Positions 23,211-38,131 of a stretch of DNA of 64,000 nucleotides are shown here, piece by piece; position 1 is the stretch's first letter; each line of letters begins with the position of its first letter. Source of the DNA: Mobula birostris. Taxonomy: Eukaryota. The notes beneath the pieces were generated by a model. It ran no database searches. It saw only the letters and a program-made list of their open reading frames with translations, and was not told where the DNA came from. Location: NCBI RefSeq assembly GCF_030028105.1, contig NC_092382.1:20377792-20441791 (forward strand), written 5' to 3'. A program made the translations under genes and the position numbers.

Positions 23211-25334
23211 CGTGATATACTGTATTTAATGAAGCAGCTAATGCTGTCGAGCCCCTGTCATCTATCGCGATTGCATTACTGTGCTGGACCTATGCCGGAT
23301 CCTCGGAGATATTGTCGCCCGAGATTTTGACACTTCTCTCCGTGTCCACTGCTGAGCCATCAAGGAGGGTTGCTGTTTCCTGCCGGATTCCTCTTCCGGA
23401 ATGCTGCCGTCAGTCCCGCAGTCATTCTGATGTTGTTGTGCGGGGTGTGCGTTTCCGCAGCAATTAAGTGGTCGGACCGGTCTTGGACGGTTCGCTGATA
23501 ATCTCTAAAATGCTGATGGGTTTACTTTCCGTGTTAACCGGGGAGCTGCAAAGGGATAGGGAACATATATGGAGTGAAGAATGGGGATTTGCGTAATGGG
23601 GCATGACTGTGGAAAATAGAAAAAAAATGAAAAATAGAAAACCCACCGCACAATACAGGCCCTTCGGCCCACAATGCTGTGATATTACCCAGGGTTACCT
23701 ATAGCTCTCTATTATTCTAAGCACGATGAACCTACCCAGGAGTCCCTTAAAATGGTTTGGAATAAATTTACATTTGAAATCGCTGCAAGTAGATATCCGT
23801 TAACCCGTGAGGACCTCAGCGCAGTGTATGATTCCACGTAGGTCATGCATGTGAAATGTTAACTTTGCTGGAGGGGTTTGGGTCCGGGTTAACGTTATGA
23901 AAATTTATGTTATGGACGTATTTACTCTGTACGATTATTTGCTTCGCTTGGTTAGAATTCCTGTCACGTAACACTCAGTATGTTTGTGCAGATCTATCAG
24001 TCCGAGGACTTGAGGTAATTGTGGACGCTTCAATATATTCGATACAATATCGTCAGGTTCCTGTTGTTCTCATCTGTTTGAAGGGGGTCATCTTGTTCTG
24101 CTACTTTAGGAAGAATTCCCTCATTCATTGTTTTGTACGGGTCAGGGAGATCCACTATTTGAACTCATCTGGAAATTTTGAGCTGAGTTATTCCTGGTTT
24201 TCTCTAGGGACAGAAGGCTGAATTAGGTGGAGGTTTCGGGAGATTATACATAGAAGCTATTTTTGGCATTGCATGGTTCTTATATTCTTATATTCTCTAT
24301 CATTCAGATATATTTCAGAGACAATTTATCTGCATTCGGCACTGTGTTACTGCAAAGTGTTTTCTCGGAGAGAAATGTCAACATTCAATTTATTTTCAAT
24401 GGTTTGTCCGTTTAATATTTCATCTAATAATCCCGATTTATAAAGCTGCGATTTTAAATTTCAGATAGTTTGCTGACATAATTCTTTCTACTGTTTGATG
24501 AGTTACCAGGCTGCGTCTCATGCTGAGAAGAATTGTGGTTCAGCGTTGCTATATTATCACCACCGCGCCATCATTGTGAGCAAATTCATCACTTTTTAGG
24601 AGTTTAAAATGGCACCTGATCGGCTGTTTACTTGTGTCATACCCTTGAGTGGTTTGTTCTTGAGAGGGGATTATCTTTTTTGTTTATTTAGTATATTTGC
24701 CGGTTTTAAGATTGTATCGGACATTGTATACGGAGAGAAAATAATGACTGTCATTACACTGTTCAACTAGACTCTGCATCCAGTATGCTCAAGCAGCTTT
24801 GTGCGCGGTGTTACATGCACAATGGGGCAAGGCACAGAGATACTGTGTTTATTTGGAGAATGGCCTGCCTGACGTGTTAGAATTTTGAATGTTTGAGTTG
24901 TATTCTGAGTCTCGTACATTGTTTGACTTCAATTCACATCGAAGTATATTCTGTATATTACGGTACCAGGGTCACGGTTTATTAGGGGGAGATCACTAAT
25001 AATGCTGTGATGTGTGATTTTCATGTCCTCTTTGGCCCGAACAGTTATACAACTTCAACTAACGTGTTCTATCGGAGCCTTGTTTTATTTGTTTCATGTA
25101 CCGTCAACTTTTGTTACTGTTGTGGGCAATGCCAGACTGCAATATAGATGCTTTATCGGCAATTTCTTTGCCGGGTGCATCGCTGATTCGCATTTGATCT
25201 TGTCTCCATCAGTTTGCATTCGGATCTAATGATCCTGACCTGTGGCTCAGTAATTCTGAATTTCACTGATTTTCTCAGATTCACAACTATTTATATGTAT
25301 TTAATTGCGACTTCAGAAGCTGAATTGTCTGAAT

Positions 25335-25935
25335 ACAGTGCATTGGCCTTCATCAATCGTGGGACTCGGTTTAAGAGCCAAGAGGCAATGTTGCAGCTGT
25401 ATAGGATCCTGGTCAAACGCCACTTGGAGTACTGTGCTCAATTCTGGTCGCTCACTACAGGAAGGACGTGGAAACCATAGAAAGGGTGCAGAGGAGATTT
25501 ACAAGGATGTTGCCTGGATTGGGGAGAATAGGTTGTCTGAACTCGTCCTTTTCTCCTTGGAGCGACTGAGGATGAGAGACGAACTAATAGGGGTGTACAA
25601 GATAATGAGAGGCATTGATCATGTAGATAGTCAAAGCCTTTTCCCCAGGTCTGAAATGGCTAGCAGGAGAGGATATAGTTTTAAGGTGTTTGGAAGTAGG
25701 TACAGAAGAGAGGTCAGGGGTAAGTTTTTTACTCAGAGTGATGAGTACGTGGAATGGGCTGCTGGCGGTGGTGGAGGCGGAAACGATAGGATCTTTTAAG
25801 AGACTTCTGGATGGCTACATGGAGCTTAGTAAAATAGAGGGCTATGGGTGAAGCCTAGGTAGTTCTAAGGTAGGGACATGTTCGGCACAGCTTTGTGGGC
25901 CGAAGGGCCTGTATTGTTTTGTATGTTTTCTATTT
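25335..25935 (+). mobile_element. CR1 3' portion inserted after the segmental duplication
   Basis: ALAFINRG...LQLYRILVKRHLEYCAQFW; absent at the homologous site near 6095. Confidence 0.88.
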
Positions 25936-26254
25936 TTTTTCGAAAGATAAAATATGACTAGTTCTTTATTATTTTGGGGTACACCACCGGTGTGAGGTCT
26001 TGTATTACGACAGGGTGCTTTGTCGTTCAGATAAATTCCATCACTGTTGGGAGCAGAAAACCAGACGGGATATATTTTCTTTATTTTTGTGCTGAAATTT
26101 ATTCCTGCCACAATTTCTTCCTTTCACATTTCCCCCGACAAGTTAATCTCCTAAATCACATGCAGTGAGAAGCATTTATTAATGATTCTCTCATCCATGC
26201 GTCTTCAACCATTTCAAATTGTCAAAAAAAAATCTTCATATTTTAAACATGTGA

Positions 26255-27750
26255 AATTCAGCACATGATTGAATCCAAAACAACGCACAAAATGCTGGAG
26301 GAACGAAGCAGGTCAGACAACATCTCTGGACATGAATAAACAGTTGACGTTTATTCCATCATCCAGCCAAGACCTTTTTTTCAGGTCTGACAAGTAAGCG
26401 GGGAGACGCCGGAATAAATGGCGTGGGGAGGGAAAGGGTGATAGATGAAGAGAATTGTGTATAAAAGATAAAGCGTTGGAGCGGAAGGAAACTGGTACGA
26501 GAGGATAGAGGAGCACAGGGAAAACGGAGCAGGACGGGGACGAAGTGTGAGGTGATCGGCGGGTGAGAATAAACATGAGGCCAGAGCGGTGAACAGAAGT
26601 AGAGGGGAAGAGGAGGGATTTTTTTGACTGACATTCATGACATCAGGTTGTTGCTCCTCCGTCTTGAGTGCATCCTCACCGTGGCACAGGGATAAACCAT
26701 GGACCGAAAATATCGGGTCGGGATTGGGAATCAGGATTCACATGTCTGGACACCAGAAAGCTCCGCTTTTCACGGCTGGAGCGCTGGTTGCTCGACGAAA
26801 TGAAGCCCAGTTCATCACGGGCCTCGCCAATGCGGAAAAGGCCGCAACAGATCAGGTGAAGTGTTACCTCACCTTGAAGAATTGTCCGGGGGACCGGAAT
26901 AGGAGGAGGTGAGTGGCAGGTGTAGTAGGCTGGCCGCTCCGGGAAAAGGACCGTGAGGGAGATCAGTCGTGAGGGACGGATGACAAAGGGAATCACGGAG
27001 GGAGCGATCCTTTCCGAAAGCGGAGTGATGAGGATGAGAGGGAGTGATATGTTTTTTTGAGCGACCCTTTAAAAATATGGTCGACCCATCCGCACTCACC
27101 TAATCTTCCCGTCGCCTGAACAGCGACAGTGTTCCTCTTGTCACTACGTACCACCCAATGTCACCCTGCATTCAACATATTCTACACTGACTGCTCCTTT
27201 TGTCCTTATCTACCACTCAATGTCACCCCGAATTCAACATATTCCACGCTGCAATTTCCACCATCCTACGAAGAAAGTTAAGCTTACCTCTCCCTCACCC
27301 CCGACTCTCCGCTTTCCGCATGGTTCAGGCGCAAAGATTTTTAATTCTGTCTGGGAAGTCTCCAACCTAATGGCGTGAATATTGGGTCTCCTACCGTTAA
27401 TAACGCTCTCTCTCCGCTCTTGATCTATTCTCCACACTGGCCTCTTCTCACTTGCCTATCACCCCCTCGTGGTCCCCTCCTCCTTCCCTTTCTCCTGTGG
27501 TGCATTCCCCTCTCCCATCCGAGTCCTTCCTCTCCAGCCCTTTAGCTTTCCTGTCCGGCTGGCTTCTCCTATCACCTTCTTGCTATTCTCCTTCCCCTCC
27601 ACCAGCTTTTCTATTCTGCCGTCTTCACCCTTCCTTTCCAGTTCTCAAGAAGGACCTTGGACAGAAACGCCAACTGTTTTATTTTTCCACTTCCGTGGAT
27701 GATATCTAATCTGCTGAGTTCATCCTGCATTTTGCGTGTGCTGCCTTTAA
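26255..27750. mobile_element. Inverted Penelope-like element, duplicate of 6410-8300
   Basis: Same pLTR ends and same inversion junction (gtcgacccatccgcactcacc); internal deletion in the plus arm. Confidence 0.8.
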
Positions 27751-28319
27751 TTTTTGGTGGTGAGATATCGTGCAGGAACATCCGATTCAAATGTGTTACT
27801 GCAATGTTCTCTTTGAGCCAGTGATGCCTCGCTGTATTTCAATGTTGAACTTGCTTTAAAAATCTGTTCCCTATAATGTTCATGTTGCTAATGACTAATG
27901 AAACTTACACTCATATAAGGTGTTTCAGAGGCCGGGAACTTTCCATCTTTGCAGCTACAACAATTTGGAACTAGTTACTCTCACGAATCACTGTGTGATT
28001 TTGAGATGGTCATTTGTCTGATATTACATTGCAGGAAGACAGTGTTGAATTTATTTGTCAGTTTTACGGCTCCGAGTTGTGACTCGGAAAGGAAAGGCTG
28101 CACCTGCTTGAAACAATTGGGCTGCTTAAGGTACTGAAACCAAATGAACAGAGTTGCAGATGGCAAAGGATGAGACTGTATCAGGGCAGCGTGAGTGTCA
28201 GGAAGTGTTGAAACCAGAGAGTTGTGAACGTCCATTCAGGGAGTATCTGGAGCGACAGGATAATCAAAGGACAACATTCCATTGAAAGTAGAAGAGATGG
28301 ATGCTGGTCAGATGAACCC

Positions 28320-29227
28320 TCAGTGCCAATTCCGTTTCCGAATGAGAGTGAGAGGAGAATTCAGCACCTGCTTCAGCTGCTGTCTGAACTTAGTCTGGCT
28401 GACGGCGTAAAGAGCGGTGTTTGTGCAGCAGCTCAGAAGTTGCAGCATGTAGCACAGTTCATTGAAAAATGAAGGTATCGTCAACCAATATGGGACGTCC
28501 ACTGCATGAAGCATCCTGTTCCAGATAGCCATCACCCCATACAACGCCCATAACAGGATGAAATTTCCCGAGACGATCAGCAGTAAAACGAGGGACTTTC
28601 TGCGGCTCTGCATCTCCGGGTCTCTGGAACTCTGACCACGGCTGGGAGCCCGGAGTCTGCCGCGGGCTCTACTGGCCAGTAAAACGTGTGTGATGGTGAA
28701 AGCATTGAGCAGGATAACAACGAGAAATGGGATCACAGTCGAAATGACAGAACGTACGACATCGATTACTGTCCAAAATAGTGACTCAAGTAATTCCCAT
28801 CTCCGCATGCAAGGCCACCATATGTTAGAGGAAGTATATATATCTTGGACCATGAAGAACCAGGAAATGTTCTTTAGACAACTCAGTGCAGTCACTGTGC
28901 TCAGAACCACAGCCGCCGTTCTCCCAGTGCAATACTTAGCGTTTAGATCCTGGAAGCAAATGGCCACAAATCGATCAAAGGTGAAGGCGACGGTGAACCA
29001 AACAGAGCAATCTGTGGTGGCCTGCAAAAGGAAGACGTGGGTTCTGCACACGCGGACATAAAACAGGAAGGAAAAGTCATCCGGAAAAGCCTTCGGAATT
29101 TTCATCAAGATGACGTCGAGGAAAACGACCGCTAGGTCAGCCGCTGACATGGCCAGCAGATAGCAGGTGACAGTTTTAGAGAGTCCGCACTTTCCCCGTG
29201 ATAGTATGACTATCGTCACCACGTTCA
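28320..29227 (-). CDS. Orphan GPCR C, GPR139/GPR142-like, exon 2
   Basis: Acceptor gcttttcacag|TG AAC; intact 7TM with GKCGLSKTVTCYL, DRF, YCTGRTA, DPEMQSRRKS, CCTNTALY. Confidence 0.92.
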
Positions 29228-29589
29228 CTGTGAAAAGCAGGACAGAAATTATACATCAAACTGAGAGCATCGTTGTATAATTTGCTAAGAACAAAATCAA
29301 ATACTTGCACGCGTCAGAGGTAGAAGAATTTATCGCGGATTGGATACAGTTTTTGGGTCAGTCAGGAATTAATATTCAATACGAATGCTAATTAGTGAAA
29401 GTGACGTATCCCACTGGACAGAAGACGCTTTGAAATCCGATATCTGAGTGAGGACAACAATGAGCGGATGTCGTTTGCATCATTTCTCTCCCCAAATAAA
29501 ATATACAGTCTGAGAGAAGCAGCTAATATGAAGTTCAACATGAACCAAATTCAGTCGAACAAATGGAGCTGATACTTGCCCCGGTTCAG

Positions 29590-32500
29590 TGCAGTATCAC
29601 CGATCTCCGCAAACGAGACTGCAGGAGGGTATGTTGCCTCCCTGGTGCATGGTTCAGGGATGTCTCTGAGCGGCTGCAAGACATTCTGGAGTCGGAGGGT
29701 GAACACTCAGTGGTCGTGGTGCACATAGGTACTAACGATATAGGTAAAAAACGGGATGCGGTCCTACAAGGTGAATTTAGGGAGTTAGTAGATAAATTAA
29801 AAAGTAGGAACACAAAGATAATAACCTCTGGATTACTACCAGTGCCACGTGCTAGTCAGAGTAAAAATAGGAGGATATTTCAGATGAATACGTGACTTGA
29901 AACATGGTGCAAGGGGGAGGGTTTCAAATTTCTGGGGCATTGGAATCAGTTCTGGAGGAGGTGGGAGTGGTACAAACAGGACAGTCTGCACCTGGGCTGG
30001 ACTGGAACCAACGTCCTAGGGGCAGCGTTTACTACTGTTGTTCAGGAGGATTAAACTAACGTGGCAGGGGATGGGAACAAGTGCAGAGAGACAGAGGAGT
30101 GTAAAATGAGGGTAGAAGCAAAAAGTAGAAAGTTGAAAAGTAAAAGTGACAGGCCGGCAAATCCAGGGCAAGAACCAAAAAAGGCAACTTTTCAACATAA
30201 TTGTATACGGGCTAAGTGTGTTGTAAAAGCAAGCCTGAAGGCTTTGTGTGTCAATGCAAGGAGCATTCGTAACAAGGTGGATGAATTAAATGTGCAGATA
30301 GTTATTAATGAATATGATATAGTTGGGATCACAGAGATATGGTTCCAGGGTGACCGAGGATGGGAGCTCACCATTCAGGGATTTTCAATATTCAGGAGGG
30401 ATAGACATGAAAGAAAAGGAGGTGGGGTGGCATGCTGGTTAGAGAAGAGATTAACGCAATAGAAAGGAAGGACATTAGCCGGGAGGAAGTGGAATCGATA
30501 TGGGTAGAGCTGCATAACATTATGGGGCAGAAAACGCTGGTGGGAGTTGTGTACAGGCCACCTAACAGTAGTAGTGAGGTTGGGGATGGCATTAAACAGG
30601 AAATTAGAATTGCGTGCAATAAAGAAACAGCAGTTATAATGGGTGACTTCATTCTACATATAGGGTGAAATAAATTGGTAAGGGTGCTGAAGAAGAGGAT
30701 TTCTTGGAATGTATGCGGGATGGTTTTCTGAACCAACATCTCGAGGAACCAACTAGAGAGCAGGCCATTCTAGTCTGGGTATTGAGCAATGAGGAAAGGT
30801 TAGTTAGCAATCTTGTTATGCGAGGCCCCTTGGATAAGAGTGACCATAATATGGTGGAATTCTTCATTAAGATGGAGAGTGATATAGTTAATTCAGAAAC
30901 AAAGGTTCTGAACTTAAAGAAGGGTAACTTTGAAGGTATGAGACGTGAATTAGCTAAGATAGACTGGCAAATGATGCTTAAAGGGTTGACGGTGGATATG
31001 CAATGGCAAGCATTTAAAGATCTCATGGATTAACTACAACAATTGTTCATCCCAGTTTGGCAAATGAATAAACCAGGGAAGGTAGTGCACCCGTGGCTGA
31101 CAAGGGAAATTAAGGTTAGTATCAATTCCAAAGAAGAAACATACAAATTATCCAGAAAAAAGCGGCACACCTGAGGACTGGGAGAAATTCAGAGTCAAGC
31201 AGAGTAGGACAAAGAGCTTAATTAGGAAAATAAAAAAAAGATCATGAGAGAAAGCTGGCAGGAAACATAAAAACTGACTGTAAAACGTTTTATAGATATG
31301 TGGAAAGAAACGGATTGGTTAAGACAAATGTAGGTCCCTTACAGTCAAAAACAGGTGAATTGATCGTGGGGGACAAGGACATGGCAGACCAATTGAATAA
31401 CTACTTTGGTTCTGTCTTCACTAAGGAAGACATAAATAATCTTCTGGAAATTGGAGACCGAGGGTCTAGTTAGATGGAGGAACTGAGGGAAATACATATT
31501 AGTAAGGGAGTGTTGTTAGGTAAATTGAAGGGATTAAAGGCAGATAAATCCCCAGGACCAGATGGTCTGCATCCCAGAGTGCTTAAGGAAGTAGCCCAAG
31601 AAATAGTGGATGCATTAGTGGCAATTTTTCAAAACTCTTTAAATTATGGATTAGTTCCTGAGGATTGGAGGGTGGCTAATGTTACCCGGCTTTTTTTAAA
31701 AAAAGAGGGAGAGAGTAAGCGGGGAATTATGGACCGGTTAGCCTAACATCTGTGGAGGGGAAAGTGCTAGAATCAGTTATCAAAGATGTGATAACAGCAC
31801 TTTTGGAAAGAGGTGAAATCATTGGACGAAGTCAGCATGGATTTGTGAAAGGGAAATCATGTCTGACGAATCTCATAGAATTTTTTGAGGATGTAACTAG
31901 TAGAGTGGATAGGGGAGAACCAGTGGATGTGGTATATTTGGATTTTCAAAAGGCTTTTGACAAGGTCCCACACAGGAGATTAGTGTGCAAACTTAAAGCA
32001 CACGGTAGTGGGGGCATGGTATTGATGTGGATAGAGAATTGGCTGGCAGACAGGAAGCAAAGAGTGGGAATAAACGGGACTTTTTCAGAATGGCAGGCAG
32101 TGCCTAGTGGGGTACCGCAAGGCTCAGTGCTGGGACCCCAGTTTACAGTATATACAAAGTCTTAGGCGAGGGAATTAAATGCAACATCTCTAAGTTTGCG
32201 GATGACACGAAGCTGGGCGGCAGTGTCAGCTGTGAGGAGGATGCTAAGAGGATGCAGGGTGACTTGGATAGGTTAGGTGAGTGGGCAAATTCATGGCAGA
32301 TGCAATTTAATGTGGATAAATGTGAGGGTATCCACATTGGTGGCAAGAACAGGAAAACAGATTATTATCTGAATGGTGGTCGATGAGGAAAAGGTGACGT
32401 GCAACGAGACCTGGGTGTCATTGTACACCAGTCATTGAAAGTGGACATGCAGGTACAGCAGGCGTTGAAAAAGGCGAATGTTATGCTGGCATTCATAGGA

Positions 32501-33125
32501 AGAGGATTCGAGTACAGGAGCAGGGAGGTACTACTGCAGTTGTACAAGGCCTTGGTGAGACCACACTAGAGTATTGTGTGCAGTTTTGGTCCCCTAATCT
32601 GAGCAATGACATTCTTGCCATAGAGGGAATACAAGGAAGGTTCACCAGATTGTTTCCTGGGACGGCAGGAGTTTCATATGATGAAAGACTGGATCGGCTA
32701 TGCTTATACTCTCTGGGATTTAGAAGATTGAGGGGGAATCTTATTGAAACGTATATAATTCTAAAAGGATGGATAGGCTCGATGTCGAAAGATTGTTCCC
32801 GATGTTGGGGAAGTCCAGAACGAGGGGTCACAGTTTGAGGATAAAGGGGAACCCTTTTAGGACCGAGATGAGGAAAAACTTCTTCACACAGAGAGTGGTG
32901 AATCTGTGGAATTCTCTGCCACAGGAAACAGTTAAGGCCAGTTCATTGGCTATATTTAAGAGGGAGTTATATATGGCCCTTGTGGCTAAAAGGATCAGGG
33001 GCTATGGAGAAAAGGCAGGTACAGGGTTCTGAGTTGGATGATCAGCCATGATCATACAGAATGGCGGTGCGGGCTCGAAGGGCCGAATGGCCTACTGTTG
33101 AACTATTTTCTATGTTTCTATGTTT
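29590..33125 (+). mobile_element. Long CR1 LINE (ORF1 esterase end, APE endonuclease, RT, tail), disrupted, in the intron of GPCR C
   Basis: VVVHIGTNDIG (SGNH esterase), [42 protein letters not shown]; (ttctatgt)n tail. Confidence 0.95.
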
Positions 33126-33254
33126 TTATCATGGTAACAAACGGCCAAAGTCAATAAGGCAGAGGTTGACCGTTTCGATCGATTACCGTGGCTGCATGCA
33201 AAATGGTACTGGGGTCAATAAAATTCATAACATTTCATCTTGACATGGTTCGTT

Positions 33255-36010
33255 TAACCATATAACCATATAACAATTACAGCACGGAAACAGGCTATCT
33301 CGGCCATTCTAGTCCGTGCCGAACGCTTAATTTCACCTAGTCCCACCAACCTGCACTGAGCCCATAACCCTCCATTCTTTAGTGTCCAGATAGCTAACCG
33401 ATTGAACTTTAAATGACAATATCGAACCTGCTTCAACCACTTCTGCTGGAAGCTCATTACACACAGCTACCACTATCTGAGTAAAGAAGTTCCCCCTCAT
33501 GTTACCCCTAAACTTCTGTCCCTTAATTCTCAACTCATGTTCCCTTGTTTGAATCTCCCCTATTCTCAACAGTAAAATGCTATCCACGTCAATTCTATCT
33601 ATCCCCCTCATAATTTTAAATACCCCTATGAAGTCCCCCCTCTTCCTTCTACGCTCCAAAGAATAAAGATCCAACTTGTTCAACCTTTCTCTATAATTTA
33701 GGTGCTGAAACCCTGGTAACATTCTAGTAAATCTTCTCCCTACTCTCTGTATTTTGTTGACATCTTTCCTATAGTTCGGTGACCAGAACTGTATACAATA
33801 CTCCAAATCTAGCCTTTCCAATGCCTTGTACAATCTCAACATTACATCCTAATTCCTATACTCAATGCTCTGATTTATAAAGGCCAGCATACCAAAAGCT
33901 TTCTTCACCACCCTATCCACATAAGATTCCACCTTCAGGGAACTATGCACCATTATTCCTAGATCCCTCTGTTCTACTGCATTCTTCAGTGCCCTACCAT
34001 TTACCATGTATGTCCTATTTTGATTAGTCCTACCAAAATGTAACACCTCGCATTTATCAGCACTAAACTCCATCTGCCATCTTTCAGCCCACTCTTCTAA
34101 CTGGCCTAAATCTCTCTGCAAGCTTTGAAAACCTACTTCATTCTCCACAACTCCACCTATCTTAGTATCATCTGCATACTTACTAATCCAATTTACCACC
34201 CCATCATCCAGATCATTAATGTATATGACAAACAGCATTGGACCCAGTACAGATCCCTGAGGAACACCACTGGTCACCGGGCTCCAATCTGACAAACAGT
34301 TATCCAGTTATCCACCTCTACTCTCTGGCGTTGCCCATCCAGCCACTGCTGAATCCATTTTACTACTTTAATATTAATACCTAAAGATTGAACCTTCCTA
34401 ACTAACCTTCCGTGTGGAACCTTGTCAAAGGCCGTACTGAAGTCCATATTGATAACATCCACCGCTTTACCCTCGTCAACTTTTCTGGTAACCTCTTCAA
34501 ATATTCAATAAGATTTGTCAAATATGACCATCCACGCACAAATCCATGTTGACTGTTCCTAATCAGACCCTGTCTATCCAGATAATTATATATACCATCA
34601 CAAAGAATACTTTCCATCGATTTACCCACCACTGACGTCAAACTTACAGGCCGATAATAGCTAGGTTTACTCTTAGAACCCTTTTTAAACAATGGAACAA
34701 CATGAGCAATACGCCAATCCTCCGCTCCATCCCCGTTTCGAATGACGTTTGAAATATTTCTGTCGGAGCCCCTGCTATTTCCACACTAACTTCCCTCAAG
34801 GTCCTAGGGAATATCCTGTCAGGACCCGGAGACATATCCACTTTTATATTCCTTAAAAGTGCCAGTACTTCCTCTTCTTTAATCATCATAGCTTCTATAA
34901 CTTCCCTACCTGTTTCCCTTAACTTACACAATTCAATATCCTTCCCCTTAGTGAATACCGAAGAAAATAAATTGTTCAAAATCTCCTCCATCTCTTTTGG
35001 CTCCACACATAGCTGTCCACTCTGATTCTTTAAGGGACAACTTTTATCCCTCACTATCCTTTTGCTATTAATATAACTGTAGAAACCCTTTGGATTTATT
35101 TTCACCTTACTTGCCAAAGCAACCTCGGATCTTCTTTTAGCTTTTCTAATTTCTTTCTTAAGATTTGTTTTACATTCTTTATATTCCTCGAGCACCTCAT
35201 TTACTCCATGCTGCCTATATTTGTTGTAGATATCTCTCTTTTTCCGAACCAAGTTTGCAATATCCCTTGAAAACCATGGCTGTCTCAAACTTTTAAACTT
35301 TCCCTGCAACCTAACAGGAACATAAAGATTCTATACCCTCAAAATTTCACCTTTACATGACCTCCATTTCTCTATTACATCCCTCCCATAAAATAAATTG
35401 TCCCAATCCACTCCTTCTAAATCGTTTTGCATTTTATTAAAGTTAGCCTTTCTCCAATCAAAAGTCTCAACCCTGGGTCCAGACCTATCCTTCTCCATAA
35501 TTATATTGAAACTAATGGCATTGTGATCACGTGCTCCCCAACACGTACCTGCCTCACCTGACCTATCTCATTCCCTAACATGAGATCTAACACTGCCCCT
35601 TCTCTACTTGGTACCCCTATGCATTGCTGCAGATAACTATCTTGCACACATTTTACAAACTCCAAACTATCCGGTTATTTTACAGTATGGGCTTCCCAGA
35701 CTATGTGTGGAAAATTAAAATCTCCCACAAGCACAACTCTGTGCTTACGACAAATATCTGCTATCTCCTTACAAATTTGCTCCTCCAATTCTCGCTCCCT
35801 ATTTGGTGGTCTATAATGCACCCCTATAAGTGTTACTATACCTTTTCCATTCCTCAAATCCACCCAAATATCCTCCTTAGACGAGCGCTCTAATCTATCT
35901 TGCCAGAGCACCGCTGTAATATTTTTCTCTGACAAGCAATGCAACACCTCCCCCTCTTGTCCCTGCGATTCTATCACACCTGAAGCAACGAAATCCAGGA
36001 ATATTTAGTT
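33255..36010 (-). mobile_element. CR1 LINE of a second subfamily (APE + RT), disrupted, in the intron of GPCR C
   Basis: [43 protein letters not shown]. Confidence 0.95.
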
Positions 36011-37544
36011 GCGCAACCTTTGTGTTTTCTACTGATTTCGCTCCTGCGTTATCAAATCAGACGTTTCACAAAAAGGCACGGATCGAACAGTATATTATAC
36101 TTGAACATCTCCTAAGTTCCTTTGTAAGGGCAGTGTTTCGGGTGCATAGAAAAGCTGAAAACAGTAGAGTACTGCAGTCTGATGTTTCAGATGGGAGTAA
36201 TGCTGAGAAACACTCGGATATAGTTCCTGCGGAAACTGTCGGACGCTCATTGAGCGCCTCGGCCATTAGACCACAAGTGGAGTATATTTTGAGAGTGATT
36301 GAAAGCATTAATACCCAATGAACACACGGGTACACAATGAGAGTGTGAAAAGGCTGCAGAGAATCGAAACTGGCGGCATGAACAAAAAAACAAGAATATT
36401 TAGGTCAACCCAAAGTGTAAAATAAAATAATCAGGTAGGGGTCGAGAGTAAGGCAATGTGACCAACAGCAACTTAGGTACGGGTAGATTGAACGTGCAGT
36501 GAACGCACTGTGAATGGCTGGGGTGGTCTATTTCAATTTCCTCAAAGCCACCGGGTCAAGAAAATGACAACATTAGTGAACCAATAAGCACGAGTTTTAA
36601 TGTGGCGGGATACAGGTTACGTAGTAACTTCACTCACTGAATAGATGGTTTTCATTAATTCTAAACCCATTGATTTTCCGTCTCACCCACTGTCGTCTTG
36701 CATTCAGTTGCAGATCGACCGTAATATCCCAAACTCTCTAACCTCCCACCGCACCCACCCCCGGACTGATCGAGCTGTTATTTCTGGGCCATTTTACTTC
36801 TTTCGCTAAGGTTAATAATCTGTGTATACTAATCTTCCTGATTTGTTCCACAGCTACTCTTTCTGCGGATAGAAAATGTTCGACTGGTTTGTCAGTGGTG
36901 CAGATGCCATGTACTGTGTTCGTTTAACCCTGTCAGAATTTGCAACCCGTGTTTTGGACTAACAAACCATAGAAATGCAGAATGGGCTATTTTTTTCTCT
37001 TCACTAATCACTATGTGCTCCGGGCTGAATACAGTGCGTGCCTGACCGGCCTTTAGCGAGAAAGTCAGACATGGCCCACGTCTTCGTGAGGAGCAGAGTC
37101 TGAAATGCCGCACAGATATTGGTCAGAGCTTCGGGAGGGGGACAGAGTGTAGATGAGACTTCTCTCTCTCTCTCTCTCTCTCTCGCCGAAGACAGGAATT
37201 GAATCGGGAATACGGGTTCATCGTGCCCGGTGACAGAGAGCATGAAAGTCTTTATTAGCCGAAGGCGTTTGATTCTACAGAGGAGGCGCTGATCTGTGGG
37301 GTTTACTTTGAATATTGAGTAATGGAGAGGACAGAGACTTGTACTGAGCCCAGAGTTAAAAACAAACAGGCAGATGAAGACGTCCATTGTAGCTGTGTGT
37401 GATATTTATGGAAGGTTAGTGCAGCGGGCAGGGATAGAGTTTGGAATCGACGCGAAGGTAAGTTTACATTCTCGATAAGTAAAAAACAACACAAAAAAAG
37501 AGAACGGCGCATATCTCTGAAAATCGGCGGTAATTGGTTCTGTC

Positions 37545-37870
37545 TACACGAAACGCTAGAGCAACTCAGCAAGGCTTGTTGACGACTTCCTAACCTACGA
37601 CAGCGACCATCTAGAAGTTCGGGAGCAGCACAGCATGGGGATTCCGCTGCCTGGACATTTCCCTCTAAAATACGCCATTCAAAATCGAAATTCCCTCACA
37701 GTCTCTGAGTCAGGACCCTGGTACTGTCTCCCCAACAGCCATGCGGGATACCCAGTCCTCAAGTACATCAGCTGTTCCACAAGACAACTGGCACACCCGT
37801 TCTCAAAGACAGGTCGGGATAGATAATGCAATGCCGGGTCAGCTTGAGAAATTCACCGCTCTTGAGCAAG
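37545..37870 (+). mobile_element. Decayed LINE 3' end (CR1/L2 group)
   Basis: ccatctagaag...gcagca...cacag..tgagtcagga.cctgg.act..ctccccaacagc pattern. Confidence 0.45.
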
Positions 37871-38131
37871 TAAAACTGAAATTGAATGTAAAGATTTGAC
37901 AGCATCCTTAACTGTCGGAAAAGACAATAAGTCGTCAGTCTGTCACGGGCGTTTTCAACATTTACCGACTATAAATGCTGAGTTACGAATATATATCAAG
38001 CAAACAAAAAGGACAGTGTGTATTTGTGGGTAACATGGGGAGTAGTGGACGTGACATGCGTGTTGTTTGCGATAATAAGACCTTGGTACAGCTACCGCTC
38101 GAAATAGTTTCAACATGAGACTTCGACTTAC

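Noticed and set aside
311-29227. Assigning the symbol GPR139 or GPR142
   Set aside because: Similarity is family-level only; multiple divergent paralogues make orthology unsupported without a tree
328-29228. Treating the ORF-track GTG starts (328, 16714, 29228) as true starts of single-exon genes
   Set aside because: Each lies at or just after a splice acceptor and lacks the first half of TM1; matching exon 1s were found for B and C
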